Translations under genes and position numbers: made by a program
Part shown: in pieces, positions 26,369 to 40,309 of the stretch
Numbering within the stretch: the stretch's first letter is position 1
How the letters are laid out: each line of letters starts with the position of its first letter
Notes under the pieces: model-generated
What the model was told of the DNA's origin: nothing
Seen by the model: only the letters and a program-made list of their open reading frames with translations
Database searches by the model: none
Assembly: GCF_018350175.1 (NCBI RefSeq)
Contig: NC_058368.1
Span: 221,218,001-221,282,000, forward strand
Length of the DNA stretch: 64,000 nucleotides
From: Felis catus
Taxonomy: Eukaryota
Reading direction: 5' to 3'

Positions 26369-27642
26369 ACAATCCTTTTTTTAAATGATGGTTAAGAGTA
26401 CATAAAAAAGGGAAAACCTACAAATAGTGAATATATTTATAAGTAATGCAAGCCACAGCTAATGGCCATTTTAGTACATAACATGCAGTTTTTAGTTTAT
26501 ATTTTAGGTTATTTTTTCAGTAGCATTTTTATTCACCGAATATTTTTATGTGCCATAATTCTATTCACAATAACTTTCTGTGAAGATAAAGTAGCAAGGT
26601 ATAGATCAGCATTAATGTGATAAGCATTACACTCATTAAATACATAACAATTTACAAAATGATTCAAAATTGTATTGATATTATATATTAAAAGTAATGG
26701 TTAACCCTAATATTGAAAGTCAGTGGTCCTGTAAAAGAAATAGAAAACTGCACACATTTATGAATAACCATCAAACTTTGAATTCTCATTCAACTGGCTA
26801 TACCATATGAACTCAAGCTGAGTTTTGTACATGTTTTTACAGTAATAGTATATGAATATGGTGATCAATATTCATTTTAAAATACAGCAATGTTTTTATT
26901 TTCATCCCTATTGGAATTAGAATTATGGAATCTAGCTGATTCTTATACATAGTAAATACTGAAACATTGATCAAGGGAATATGGATATTTTTGTGGAAAG
27001 ATGATAGAAATTTCAATATTGATGTTTATCTGGGGATGGGGATGAAAGAAGACATTTTGAATTAAAAACAATTATGATTTAAAAACACATAGTACATTAA
27101 CCTGTATATTCTGTTGTCACTTGTCTACTGAGTAAGTAGAATGACTTCAGAGAAGAAAAACAAAACCCTGCGATTGAGAAAATATTGGAATGAAGGATTA
27201 AATCATTATCCAATTAATCTAACCCAGTTGTCACTTCAACAAATAGATTGATGAGGTGATCCCTGAAGTCTTCATCAAAATGCACATAAACCTATCCTCC
27301 AAAGTCATTATTTTCCCAGGAAGCTATATAAGAACCAGAACTATTGTATTAAAGATAACATAAATTGAAACTGTCTTGTCTGAATTTCTAAAATATAGCA
27401 ACAAAAATGTTAGGTCAGTACTATGTAAGTTAAAAAATAAGCACACTCTTCAATAATATTAGTGAATGAATTACATTGATTTGAACACTACAGCTTATGC
27501 AATTTTTAGTTGTCCTCTGGGCGGGGGGGGCAGTGGATAACATTTAACAGCAGTGACATAGAAAAAAAAAGTAGTTGCATAGAGTAATCTCTTGAGCTCT
27601 AATTGTGCTGACCAACATCTCCTTTGGAAGGTTTATGGTTTA

Positions 27643-27865
27643 GGGGCACCAGGGTGGCTCAGTTGGTTAAGCCTCCAACTTCAGCTCAGGTCATGATCTC
27701 ACAGTTCATGAGTTTGAGTCCCACATTGGGCTCTGTGCTAACAGCATGGAGCCTGGAGCAACTTCCAGTTCTGTGTCTCCCTCTCTGCCTGTCCCTTGCT
27801 CATGCTTTGTCTCTGTCTCTGTCTCTCTCTCTCAAAAATAAGTAAATATTAAAGAAGTTAAAATA
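27643..27865 (+). mobile_element. Can-SINE
   Basis: Canonical. Imperfect TSD GGAAGG..TTATGGTTTA on both flanks. Confidence 0.93.
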
Positions 27866-27893
27866 GGAAGGCTTATGGTTTAAAATCACATGG

Positions 27894-28090
27894 TTAAATG
27901 GGTTATGGGTATTAAGGAGGGCACTGGTGATGAGCACCTGGTGTTGTATGTGATTGATGGATCGCTAAATTCTATACCTAAAACTAATATTACGTTGTAT
28001 GTTAGCTAGTTGGATATAGCTATACTATAGTATAGCTGGATATAGTTGGATATATTTCAAGTTAAATATAAACTTTAAAAAGAAAAAAAA
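27894..28090 (+). mobile_element. Heavily 5'-truncated carnivore L1 3'UTR with poly(A)
   Basis: GGGTATTAAGGAGGGCACT..GATGAGCAC..GTGTTGTATG..CTAAATTCTATACCT..AACTAATATTAC. TSD AAAATCAC(A/C)TGG at ~27882-27893 and ~28089-28100. Confidence 0.85.
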
Positions 28091-30140
28091 AATCACCTGG
28101 TGAAGTTCACCAAGATAACCTACAGAACTGATGACCTGTCAGAAAGATGAGGATATGAAGCCTATCTCTTACCATTGGCTAATCATATTATTTGAGTAAA
28201 TGATGTAAATGAACCTGAGTTTATCATCTATAAAACTGGTAAGAGATAATTGGGTTGATATAATCCCTACCTTGTTGATGTATCATGATAATTACCAGTA
28301 CCACATAAGCACTGGACTATGGGTTGTCAATTGTTATAATAAATCTATCTATTAATGAAGACAAGTTTATACTATAAAATATATTTCATCTATTTTTAAA
28401 TTATTGTAAATGGGTTTTTAGAAACAATATTCAGTATTTTATTTTCTCTTTTTTATCTTGCTTTTTATTATGCATCTTTTCTGACATTTATTTCCAGATG
28501 CTTCTTCATAATTAGAGACAGCAACATTTCCCTTTAATAGAGTGCCTTTATTTGAAAAATGATATTCTTGATCTTTAGATTACTATGCCAGACCTGATTT
28601 TTTTTTTCTAGCTTTCTTATCTGTTCCGCTTTTTTTCCCAACTTTGGCCAACTGGAGGGACAGTTTGGTGTGACGCATTCAAAATGTAGCACCTGTTATG
28701 CGACTCCTTCCCCCATCATTCTTTGGGCAGGTGCTATCTCTCATCTCTTAGAATTTGTTTCATGAAATATAACATATAACATTTCTTCTATATCCCAAAT
28801 GTATGTTTTAAACAAGCAGTAATCTCCACATCTAGCAAACTTCTTCATTGGAAGGATGCACTCTTATATCCTGCCATTTTTACTATTCAGAATCTAAATG
28901 AGATATCAATCTTAGTTCTAGTGAGTGAAATTATAAATAATCAAAACAATAGTTTTATTATCATAATTGTCATAAAGTAATATCATAGTCTATACTTTTA
29001 TCATACTTGCTATGTACCAGCCACTATTCTCAGCATTTAACTTTCAGTTATGGAAAATAACAGTAACTGACCCAGACCTTTTTTCCCAGAATTACCACAT
29101 CTTAGCTTCAAAAGCTTTAGTAATACCATGTTCTAGGCAATTAATGCCAGTGGCACAGCACTGGAATTCAGGCTTTGGGCTACTCTCCCCTTCAAATATG
29201 TAAGCCTGTTTGCATTATTGTAGTGGCCATTACATCATTGAGCTTTTAATTTTTTTTTGTATAAGAAATATTGAGAGGATTTTTCTTCAGTTATAAAATT
29301 GAAAAAAGGAAATTCAAACCAAGATTAAAGCAGAGAATTTTATAATTTTCCATTAACATGAATTTTATCACAAGAGAGAGCAAAGATACATGAGTCTCAT
29401 CCTGTGCCTTATTTTTTCAAATCCAACAAGAAGTCATATCCTTAACTTTGTAAAATACATTGGTTTTCAATCAGTTTTCTATTGGGAAATAAGGAACACA
29501 AGTAAAACATGGGGTGTAGTCCTCTTTTTTTTTGTTCCTGCCTAGGAACGTGTTGTGTTACAATAGTGTACCACAAAGAAGTAGACTAAAAAACACAGTG
29601 CACACATATGTAAGAGGTTTCTCTAAGAGAAAAAGAAAAAAAAATTTTTTTCTAAGTGTCCAAGTGGCTTAGTCACTGTGGAAATCTTTAATATGGAGAA
29701 CAGAGTTCCAAGACTATACTCCCTTATTGTTTGAGAACTTACATAAGGACTTTTACTCTCTTACTTTTTCTTGCACAAAAGATACCTTGAAATATTTATG
29801 GGTAATCTCTAGATATGTATTTTAAGTACTGTTTGCGCAGATAGTTTTCTGGAACTTTTCATTAGTATATTGAAATAAATATCCTCAGTGTATGGCTTAA
29901 TACTTTTAGTAGTAGGTAAGTCAGTATAGCATATTGTGGAATGGCGATAATAGATATTCAGGTAGCTTATTAATTATCTACTGAAAAAGACGCCAATATG
30001 TTATTTAGTGGAAACATTATCTGTTACCATTGTTGGGGGAAAAATGGGTTGAAGGTATAAGAATAATTTTACCAGTGGAATTGGTCATCATTCTAGGGGC
30101 TTTTCCAAATGTGGTAGAATGTGCTTCTTCTACATATTTT

Positions 30141-30362
30141 AAAAAAAATTTTTTTTCAACGTTTATTTATTTTTGTGACAGAGAGAGACAGAGCATGAAC
30201 GGGGGAGGGGCAGAGAGAGAGGGAGACACACAGAATCGGAAACAGGCTCCAGGCTCTGAGCCATCAGCCCAGAGCCTGACGGCGGGGCTCGAACTCACGG
30301 ACCGCGAGATCCTGACCTGGCTGAAGTCGGACGCTTAACCGACTGCGCCACCCAGGCTCCCC
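30141..30362 (-). mobile_element. Young Can-SINE (SINEC_Fc)
   Basis: Antisense near-consensus; TSD TA(C/T)ATATTTT. Confidence 0.95.
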
Positions 30363-31199
30363 TATATATTTTGATTTAAATGATGTTGGGTCCAATTCAA
30401 CAGTATGGACTGCAGTCCAAATATATGCATATAAATTTATATGCAAATACTATATTTATATGTGTATATAATGTATATTCTGTATGTAGTCATATAATTT
30501 GTATATAGTCCTATAACTACTTATAATTATAAATAACCCACACATGTCATATGTACTATGTGGTTGTGTATATATAATATACGTATAGAATACAATTTGA
30601 GTCTTACAACGCTCGTTGGCAGCAAGCTGAAGGTTTTGATTACTTTTGTTGCTCCAGGTCACAGGGGTGCCAAATAGTTTGAAGAATGTATTAAAAATGA
30701 TTTTGACAGTTAGAAACTAGTACATTGGACAGTTGACCTACATTGGGATCAACTATTTTGGAGAGGAAGCACAGGGGAGGAAGACATGTTTTTAGGATCC
30801 TTCTGTGGTAGATTAGCCCTCACTAGAGTGTTGGAGACATAGATTTCAGTAATAACTGCTACCCCCAAAAGTCTCTGCAATTCTAAGTATCTGTGGTTTC
30901 TTAACTTTAAGGATTTAGCTTCTTTAATCACAGCTTTTATAAACAGAGATAAAAGTGGAAATCACACCATTTTGATACGAGTTTCACTTACCTGTGCTCA
31001 CCTCTAAAGACACTGTTCTGTCCTGTCCACATCACTGTCAATATCAATAAAATCAGTAAATAATATCAGTAAAATCTCATTTACACTCAAAACTTCTGAT
31101 ATGAACTTTTGGTATTAAAACCAAAAAATAAACTTGAAATAAGTAGATTGTAGTATAATGTAATAGAGTAGAAAAATTATAATATGCCATCTGAAAACT

Positions 31200-32090
31200 C
31201 ACAATCGGGTGGAGAGATTGAGAATGACCTGGGCGATTTCCATACCGTATGGTGTGTGGAAGGAAGCAGTAAAAAACATGTCTTATGTGAAGATGTGATT
31301 GAGCTTCTAAACTAAATCTGGACAGAGAAAAGGAAGGTTGACCAAAGAAAGGACAATAATTGCTTTTGTGGGTTAAATAAAGTGAAAGAAGAGAAAAGAT
31401 GAGAATTTTAGATAGAGGAAACAGTAGGTAAAAGAGCTTTCTTTCTTTTTTTTTTTCTCTGTAGAACAAAATCAAGGAGATTTGTTACAAAGTAGGGTGT
31501 AAATAGTTTGAGAGGAGGTGTAGATGACTAGTGATGGATGATGCAAGACAAACAAGCATAGAGAGAATCATGACACATGTGAAACTCAGGCAGACGCCGT
31601 GAGGAAAGATAAAACAGGTTTTTAATTAGGTAGTGTTGTGATCAGTTCGGGATTCAGAAAAGTCATTCTTACATCCGAGTGCAGAAATAGTTAAAAATAA
31701 ATGGAAAGTTTAGAGTTGGAGGATACTTTAGTAGGTCAGACAAGATATGGTAATGTATTAACTAGGATAGTGATAGTTAGATGGACAAGATTAAATGGAT
31801 TCCATTAAGACCCTTGAGAATAGTATTTGGTGATTCCTTGACCGTGGCTGATACATGAACGGGAGATAAAGGGGAGCAAGGGATTGTGATTTAGGAAACA
31901 GAATGGATTATAATGGTGCCTCATACTAAAATATGCAATACTAAGAAGAGACATTCTAAACAGAAAGGAGGATGATTAGTTAAAATTGTAATTGTTGAGT
32001 TTCAGATGTCAGTGGCTCATTCAGGGGGACATATATCAGCAGGCTGTTGGATATAATGTAAGTATTGATGGGAAAATCTGTTGAGAGATT
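31200..32090 (-). mobile_element. Diverged L2 fragment
   Basis: Purine-rich antisense L2 motifs (TGTTGAGTTTCAGATGTC..CAGCAGGCTGTTGGATATA). Confidence 0.55.
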
Positions 32091-32449
32091 CAGACTTTTC
32101 TTTCCTAGTGGCAGGCCTTAAAATAAGAACAGGATTGAAACCTCAACTTTTCAACCTAATAATAAAACTGTTGTAAAGATTAAAGTAATAAGAGATTATG
32201 TTTATGAAAGCACTTTGTAATCTGCAACTACCATATGAAGAAGTCTTATTAGTGTTGGCTTTGCTCTTGTTTTTGTGGACTTAGGATCCATTAAATCAGT
32301 CTGTTTAATAGTTGACTCCATTCTATTCCTATTAAGTCACATTGACTGATTGTAACTAAATTAGAAAAAATTTTTTGTTCTTTTCCACTCTGCCTACCAT
32401 TTTCCCATTTTTTGTATCTCAGGTAACCCTGCTTAGAATTTGGGTTGTT

Positions 32450-32450
32450 A

Positions 32451-32494
<44 letters not shown>
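32450..32494. repeat. (TTA)n microsatellite
   Basis: Direct reading of the sequence. Confidence 0.95.
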
Positions 32495-32496
<2 letters not shown>

Positions 32497-33552
32497 ACCA
32501 TTCAGTTCCTATCTTTGGCTTGATGGAATTTTGGTTGAAAACCAGCACTTTACTTCTGCATTGTAATGTGTGAGAGATTTTGAGCTTTCACAAAGATGTG
32601 TCACCTAAATATTTTCAGAAGGCTGGATTAGCATTGTAAAGATTGTAGAGGGTCTTGCTTATTTTTTAAATGTATGTCTTTTTCCAGTATTGATTATCAG
32701 TGCTGTAGAATGAAGTCACTGTGGACGTTTAAACAAAGAAGCTAGTAAGATACATAGCCAGCCTTAGAAAATAAATTGCTCCTACCTTCTAAACAAAGTG
32801 ACTGTTACCTGTTTTTGACACATAAAGCGATGCAAGGTGTTTAACTTTAAAATATTCTTCATGAATAAATACCAATCTTCACATTTAATAGTTTGTGATA
32901 TCTTATAATTGTTAAAACACCATGTGGTTACTAAGAATGCATAGGGCAAACATAGAAATACTGTCATTTCTTAGATGCATGCCTCTAATTGCAAAGTTGT
33001 TTCCTCAAACGCACACTTCCTTTGTAATTATTCCTTACTTGCTCATTTCTACAGGTATTGTATTGTACAATATATCATGTTAAAGGTCTAGTCATTACCT
33101 TGATGCATGAGATTCATTTTACTGGTTAGAAAGGCATGGCTGTTATAGCAGTTTTAATCAAATACATAATTTAGGCAAGTATGTAAGAACATTTTTTTCT
33201 ACACATTAATGTCCTCCTATGATGCTGCTTCTGTATATTTTAGCTAATAAAACAAACAAACAAATAAGAGAAAGGAAGTCAGGCTGCTTGATTAGAAGGA
33301 TAAAATAAACTGGGAAGTACAAAGCCAAGTTCATATATTTTTTATGTCACTAAAATGAATACTGGAGCTTGTAGCATATAAAAGGTATAGTGATTGTAGA
33401 GTGTGTAGAAAGAACCCAAAAGGGAAGTGAGGATTTTTATTCTAGTTTAAATTCTACCCTTGTCTGTATCAGTGAGCTTCTATATGCCACCAACATGAAT
33501 TTCTTCAATTAAAAATGAAGTTAGATAGTGAGACCTCAAAAAAAATTAAATT

Positions 33553-33555
<3 letters not shown>

Positions 33556-33596
<41 letters not shown>

Positions 33597-33720
33597 TACA
33601 TACATATTTCAATCATATATGTGGGATAAATCTATATATTTCAATCATACATGTGTCTATATATATATGCATATATACATCCATATTTTGCATATATATA
33701 CATGAATATATATTTATATG
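33556..33720. repeat. (TA)n/(CA)n and degenerate AT-rich simple repeat
   Basis: Direct reading of the sequence. Confidence 0.9.
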
Positions 33721-34724
33721 GCTTTCTATAAAACATAAAACTACAAAATATGTATCATCTCTAACTAAGACTTAGAAATTGCTAATATTTTCTTGAATAT
33801 ATTGGATATTACATGTGAATAAGTGTGATAAACAGTGATTTCATGATTATTGTTCTAGGGAAGTACAGTTGCTCTTTCTCTCCTACATCAAATTTTGGCA
33901 TTCACCGTTCAGAAGGACCTCAAAACAACACTTCAAGTAGGATTTATTACTATATAAGCATTATGTAGTAACATGGTGTAGTTGAGTATTATACTGTATT
34001 ACACTTAATTATACAATCATTGAAATTTAATGTCATTTAAAAAATTGGAGGGTTGGTGCGATAACCTACGCGCCTAAGTATGTCTCTAATGACTGACTCG
34101 GTAAGAACAGTTGCAAGGGCCTACGTCCCCATCATATCTTACCACTGCAACATATTTCCTAGTTTCTTTACTTATTGTATACTAATGATGAAAATCTAGT
34201 GAACTGATTTTGGCAAACTCATGGACTGTACTAAGCCCTTGACGTAAATGATGAATTACCATGCTGCCTTTTGGTCTTCACGTGGCTGTGTGCACATTGC
34301 TTCTATTAAGGTGGTGCCGTTGATGATTGAGATTTCTGTGAAATCTTTTATTGGTGATATCTTGATTCTGATCATAAAGACTGTGGTTTGTACCCTGGTC
34401 ACATGCATGTTGTAGCTCCTGGAGGGATTGTAGTTGCTTAGATTTTTTTTTTTTTTTTTCCTGTTTTGGAAAAATCTGTGTCAAGAACATACTAGAATGA
34501 CTACAAACTGAATGAATCCTTTGATTATTTGTTCAGTCCATTTATTATGCATTGACTGCTCAAAAAAGTAAAGGGTCTTTCCAGAGATTATTTTGAGTAT
34601 TAATTGTGGTGTGGAATCCTTGAATACAAAAGCTTACTTTATTACCTAAGTGTGGTGTGACCATGGTGATGGTATTAAACTCCTCAACACTTCATGTGCT
34701 TGCATGTAAAGGGAGTGAACTACA

Positions 34725-36640
34725 CATCAGCTTCCTAACACTGCCGTAATAAGTTGCCATGAACTGGATGGCTTAGAAGCATTCGCTTACAGTTCTAGAG
34801 ACCCTAAGTCTGAAATCTATGTGTCAGCAAATTTGGTTCCTTCTAGACACTTTAAGGGAGAAGCTGTCCCATGTCTCTCTCTGTGCCCTTGGCAATGGGG
34901 CCATTGCTCTGGATACCCTCATAGACATCCCTCCTTTATTTGAAGGTTAGCACATGTTTTAAGCTAAGTAACTCTCTCAGCCCTTTACCTCCCTGTAGAA
35001 TCCCAGAAGATTGACAGTCATCCTTTATTACATCCCATGTCTTTTCCTTTCAGTCTGAGTTGGTGGAGTTTTGGCTAGTGTAACATTCTCAAAAACTTTG
35101 CATCTTCTGTGTAGGTTGAGGAGATCCACAGCATTAGAAAGAGGATTATGCAGAAATCCCTTCTAAATAATGTTGTCTCTATTACTGGCTTTATTAAAAT
35201 GGTTAATTGGATACATTAATCACCCACCTAATCACTTCAACAGCAGTTTATCTAGCCACACCCTTTCCCCTCTCTCCAGACAGAGCAGGCTTTACACAAC
35301 ATCCTTTGCAATCTGAATAGGCTGGGAATCTCCTCAATCAAGTTTTGGGTCCTTCTTGCTTCGCAGTTTCTTCTTCAATTTATCTCATTCCTCTCCTATT
35401 TTGCTGTAAGGAGTAAGAAGATCCCAGGCTACATCTTCATCACCTTCCCTCAAAATATTTCTGACAAATGTCTGAGTTCTTTGCTTACAGCCAACAGCGA
35501 ATCACCTAAGAGTAGGAAACAATTCAGCTAAGTTTTCTGATACTTTATAATAAGGATCACCTTCCCTTTGATTTACAATAACATGTTCTTTATCATATTT
35601 TGTGACTCACCAGAAGCACCTTTAATGGTCATATTTCTACCAACATCTGTTTATGACAAACTGTGTTCTCTAAGATGATAGAAACTTTTTCTCTGGTGCT
35701 TTTTATTTCCTTCCCTCATCAAAATGGTCATAAACAGCCATGCTTCTAGCAGTTATCTCTTCAAGACAACCTTATCTTTTTCTATTATGTGCCCCCAATT
35801 CACCCTGCTTCTATTACCTAAAACCAAAGCCACTTTTGTGTTTACAGGTATTTTATGTATTTGTTGCAGCAGCAGTATCCTTCCTAGTAGCATAATCTTA
35901 GTTCCCTAGGACCACCCTAACAAATTTTCACAAATTAGATGTCTTAAAACAACAGAAATTTATTCTCTCAAAGTTATGGAGGTCAGAAGTCAAAAATAAA
36001 GTGTTAGCAGGATTGGTTCCTTGTGAAGAATCTGTTCCATGCTTCTTCCTATCTTCTGGTAGCAAAGTCAATGCTGACATTCCTTGGCTTATAGATCCTA
36101 GACCCATTGATCTAATCTCAGCCATCATCTTTACATGTCCTTTTCTGTGTCTGTGTCTCCACATGGCCTTCCCTTCTATGTGTCTGTATGTGTCTTCTAA
36201 TTGTCTATCTCTTATAAGGACACTGTTTTTTTTGTTTTTTTTTTAAGTTTATTTTTTTATTTTGAGAGATAAAGAGGGAGACAAAGCACTTTTTTTGCAC
36301 ATAAGTTGGGGAGGGGCAGAGAGAGAGAGAGAGAGGGAGAGAGAGAATCCCAAGAAGGCTCCATGCTGTCAGCACAGAGCCTGATGCAGGGCTCGATCTC
36401 ATGAGCCATGGATCATGACCTGAGCCAAAATCAAGTCAGATACCAACCAACTCAGTCACCCAGGTGCCCCTCTTATAAGGACACTTTCATTGGACTTAGA
36501 GTTTACCTAATTGAGGATGATCTCACCTTGAGGTCCTGACTTTGATTAGATCTTTAAAGACTCTTTCCAAATAATATAACTGTCATGTTTTCTGAGGGAT
36601 AAACTTGGACATGTGTTTCAGGGGTCCAACCCACTAGACA
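34725..36640 (-). mobile_element. MaLR (MLT1) proviral remnant: partial LTR ~34725-34880, internal ~34890-35895, LTR ~35895-36640
   Basis: Two homologous LTR starts (..GGCTTAGAAGC..TTACAGTTCTAGAG..AAGTCTGAAATC..GTGTCAGCA..TTGGTTCCTT and ..TCTTAAAACAACAGAAATTTATTCTCTC..GGAGGTCAGAAGTC..GTGTTAGCAGGATTGGTTCCTT). The internal part is homologous to 44140-44815. Confidence 0.7.
36225..36470 (-). mobile_element. Can-SINE inserted in an MLT1 LTR
   Basis: TSD TCTTATAAGGACACT at 36210-36224 and 36471-36485. Confidence 0.93.
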
Positions 36641-37694
36641 CTATTATTATTAATTGGTTGTATAATAGTTTGAGAGTTGAATGACATAGTATAGCATTTG
36701 GTATACAATATACCTCAATAAATTATATCTATAATTAATGTTTACCACCAGTTTAGTTTAGTGCCATCATATTCCTACCACAGCTGTCAAAAGAATATAA
36801 TAATAATATTATGAAACTACTATAAAATATAATTCACCTGTGTTATGAAGTAACTAAATCATACTTTTAAACACGAATGCTGAACTTAAGGAAGGAAGAC
36901 ATCAGTGATAGATGACTTTTTGGTGAGTGAATATTCTTTTAGAAATAAAGAGTAGGTTCTGTGGGTTTTACTGAAGGGGAAAAATGTTGTGATTGAGATG
37001 AGGAAGCTCTAAGTCTTAGATCTTAAGTGACAGTGATTGACGTAATTAAAAGTTTCAAATTTTGGCTCTGCTGTGGAAGGGATTTCATGCACAGAAGAAA
37101 ATTTCCAGTGGTGTCCAAAAGCTGAGAAAAGGTTCAAACATTTGTCTGACGGTTTGTCTACTTAATAATTTAGTTTGCCAAATCTCTTAGTTATGATTGA
37201 CTAGAAATAACAAAGATCACATATAACAATAGTTTTGTGAAATAGAACTTTATTTCTTTCGTGGAGGAATTCAGATGTATAAAAATTGAGTGCAGTGTGT
37301 GGTGCTCTGGTCCACAAAGCACAAAATTCATTACTTTTATCTCGTTCCACCTTATATAGCTTCCATTCCCAAGGTGAACTCACTTCCAAGTTGGCTATCC
37401 ACCATAGCCGTCTCATTTGCATTCCAGTCATTGGGAAGGATTAGGTCAAAGAAGAAAGGACAAAGTGGTAGGCTAACTATCATTTAAAAATTGTTACTGG
37501 AAGCTGCACATTATCTCCACTTACTTTCTGGGGGGCGGAGCTTTTTTTGTGTAACTACACCCGCAATGGAGCTAAACAAACAAACAAAACTGGACTACCT
37601 GGACAGCAAAATACCTGACAGTCTAATGGCATCAAAGAAGTGAAGAAAATATAAGAAGTCTGTCACAATAGCTGTTCAGAAACCTGAACACAAA

Positions 37695-37696
<2 letters not shown>

Positions 37697-37727
<31 letters not shown>
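37697..37727. repeat. (TG)n microsatellite
   Basis: Direct reading of the sequence. Confidence 0.95.
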
Positions 37728-37731
<4 letters not shown>

Positions 37732-37748
37732 CATGCATTCAACTTCTC

Positions 37749-37750
<2 letters not shown>

Positions 37751-37780
<30 letters not shown>

Positions 37781-37988
37781 TTTTTCAACGTTTATTTATT
37801 TTTGGGACAGAGAGAGACAGAGCATGAACAGGGGAGGGGCAGAGAGAGAGGGAGACACAGAATCGGAAACAGGCTCCAGGCTCTGAGCCATCAGCCCAGA
37901 GCCCGACGCGGGGCTCGAACTCACGGACCGCGAGATCGTGACCTGGCTGAAGTCGGACGCTTAACCGACTGCGCCACCCAGGCGCCCC
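37751..37988 (-). mobile_element. Very young Can-SINE (SINEC_Fc)
   Basis: CpGs retained and a long pure poly(T). TSD TCAACTTCTCTT at 37739-37750 and 37989-38000. Confidence 0.97.
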
Positions 37989-40309
37989 TCAACTTCTCTT
38001 TTAAGGGGAAAAAATCCTAAAGTCTCAACTGGTTACTGCATTCAATGCAGTCTCCAATATCTCTATGTGACATATGGCCCCTCTATCAGATACATAACTT
38101 TTGAGTGTGCTGTGACATCTGTAAATAATGACCACCAGTAATTTTTAAGAACTAGATTAAAATTAATCTAGTTCTTAAATCTAGTTATTAAAAAACTAGA
38201 ACCAAACTGAATTTAACTCACTAGGCAAGGAGATATACAAGTATAAGAAATTAAGAGTACTTAATGAAGGGGGCAGATTAGAAGTATCTAACTGCTGGAA
38301 AGGATGGAAAGTGTGTTAGGTTATTTCTTCTAAGTTATGCTGATGAGATTGAAAAGGTGTTGTCTGGTTAGGAAAAAATAAGTTTAGGAGTCTGCATACA
38401 AATGCTTAAAACAAGAGCCATTGTTCTTTGGTCTGGCCAGTGAGGTTCTGGCATTGTGGGGTCAATTAAAGATCATTGTATTTTTAATAGCTTTTCTTGA
38501 TTCTAATGGTGGTGATAAAACACAGCAGTCCCTTATAACATTTCCTATTCAAGTACTGCTCTAGGTAGACACATTTACTTTATACATGTAAATTAGAATT
38601 CAAGTTATATGTCCCTAACACCTTCAGTATACAATTGTATTGAGATAGTAAGTAACCCATTTCAAAACTGGCTTTCAGAAAGAGGAAGAGTGGGAAACAC
38701 AAGGCAGTCATTACTCTGGGAAGGAATTGAAGCCTCCTTGCACCGGCAGGGTGGTTAATTCCTGTTAGACCATCTGTTAATGGCTGGATTTGCTTTCTGG
38801 CAGGAGTTACCTTTTTCATTGTCCTCTATGGCCTCTGGATCTCTCTTTCTGCAAGGTTTATTTTTATCCATTATACTCTCTGTCCACATGTGAAGTTGGC
38901 AATGAAACAGATGTCCTTTTTAGAGGCTGAGTGACTTTAAAATGACAATTATATTGATATGGGTTTGTTGGCCTAGGGATTGTTTTGAAGGGTTGCAAGC
39001 TACGCTTGTAATATTTTTATGTTTATTCTTTATTTTTTGTTTTTTGCAGTACATTTCTCAAAAAAACCTTAGAACACTTCGTACACTTCTGCTCTTTGTC
39101 ACATCCATTTGCCCATTTTTATATACCTATTAAGTCCGAAACTGAAGAGTTTGAGATGTTACCCTACATGTAGAGATAGACGATCGATAGATAGATAGGT
39201 ACTACACACAGATACACTAGCAGAAACACCATATACTAATCCAAGACAAAAGAAAAAAAAAAAACCTTTTTATTTATTTCCAGAAATCCTAGGTCTCTTG
39301 CTGTTTCCCCATACCCCAATCCTCTGTGGGGCTATGGAATAAAAACCAAATGTACCATGAGTATACAGAGTGGTCTATACCACAGGGTAGACACTCCAAA
39401 ATTGTGCATCTTGAAGCTTATATAGGTGCTGACACAATCCTCAACCCTTCTGGAGTTAAGAGAAAGAGCTTATCTTTTATTCTGAAATGTAAACAGACCT
39501 TCTTTTAGGGATGGAGGAGAAATTTTATAACCAAGAATGTAAACCTTGGCTCTCGAGAAATAAGAAAGGCTTTATTATACTTTGAACAGGAACAGATGTC
39601 TTTGGTGAAAGGAGAAAACAGATTCCATATATCTACCACCTTTAAAATACAAAGAGCAGATGGTACTGAGGGAAAAGAAAAGGAGACATTTTCTATCATT
39701 ACGGTATGTAAATTTCTGTTGCTTAGGAGGTCTAGACCAAGCAGAAACACCAGCCAATCCAGAGAGGACTGTCTTACAATACATCTTAAGATACATCTTA
39801 TTAGATGAAATTTTTGTCTGAGGATGTAGATAGTGTGAGTCATACTCACAGTGCTATTATTTCTAATTTTGTGACTGATAACTGGAAATAATATGAAAGA
39901 GAGAGGAGGGATGGGAGCTTGGTGTGAAGCAGCAATCCAAATAAGATGTTTTATCCAGGCTGATTTTTACTGTTTGGCTGAGAACTCCTAACACCAGGTG
40001 CTGGAAAAAGCCCTGAGGCACAGCCTTATCTCCTGCTAAGACTCCACCTTAAGAGCCAGTGCTTAGGGCAGTTTCACTGCTTCCTGCAGCAGCTGTTGAC
40101 TTCCCCACCCAGCAATGTGCCATATCACTGAACTGCTGTTAATAGGTATATGCTACCTTCAGAGAAAGCCTTCTTTAGCATGACTGTATTCCTCTGCATC
40201 TCTCTCCAGAACTGGTTATCTATATGCTAAATTTTCCTCTTTCTTATGGGAAGTTCCTAATAGTGGCAACAGGAGTTAATACACAATATAAATTTGATGA
40301 TCTCTGTAA

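Noticed and set aside
34278..34490. 70-aa minus-strand ORF next to a T-tract, as a possible retrocopy
   Set aside because: No recognisable protein and no TSD; the tract lies at the ORF 5' side, the wrong position for a poly(A) tail
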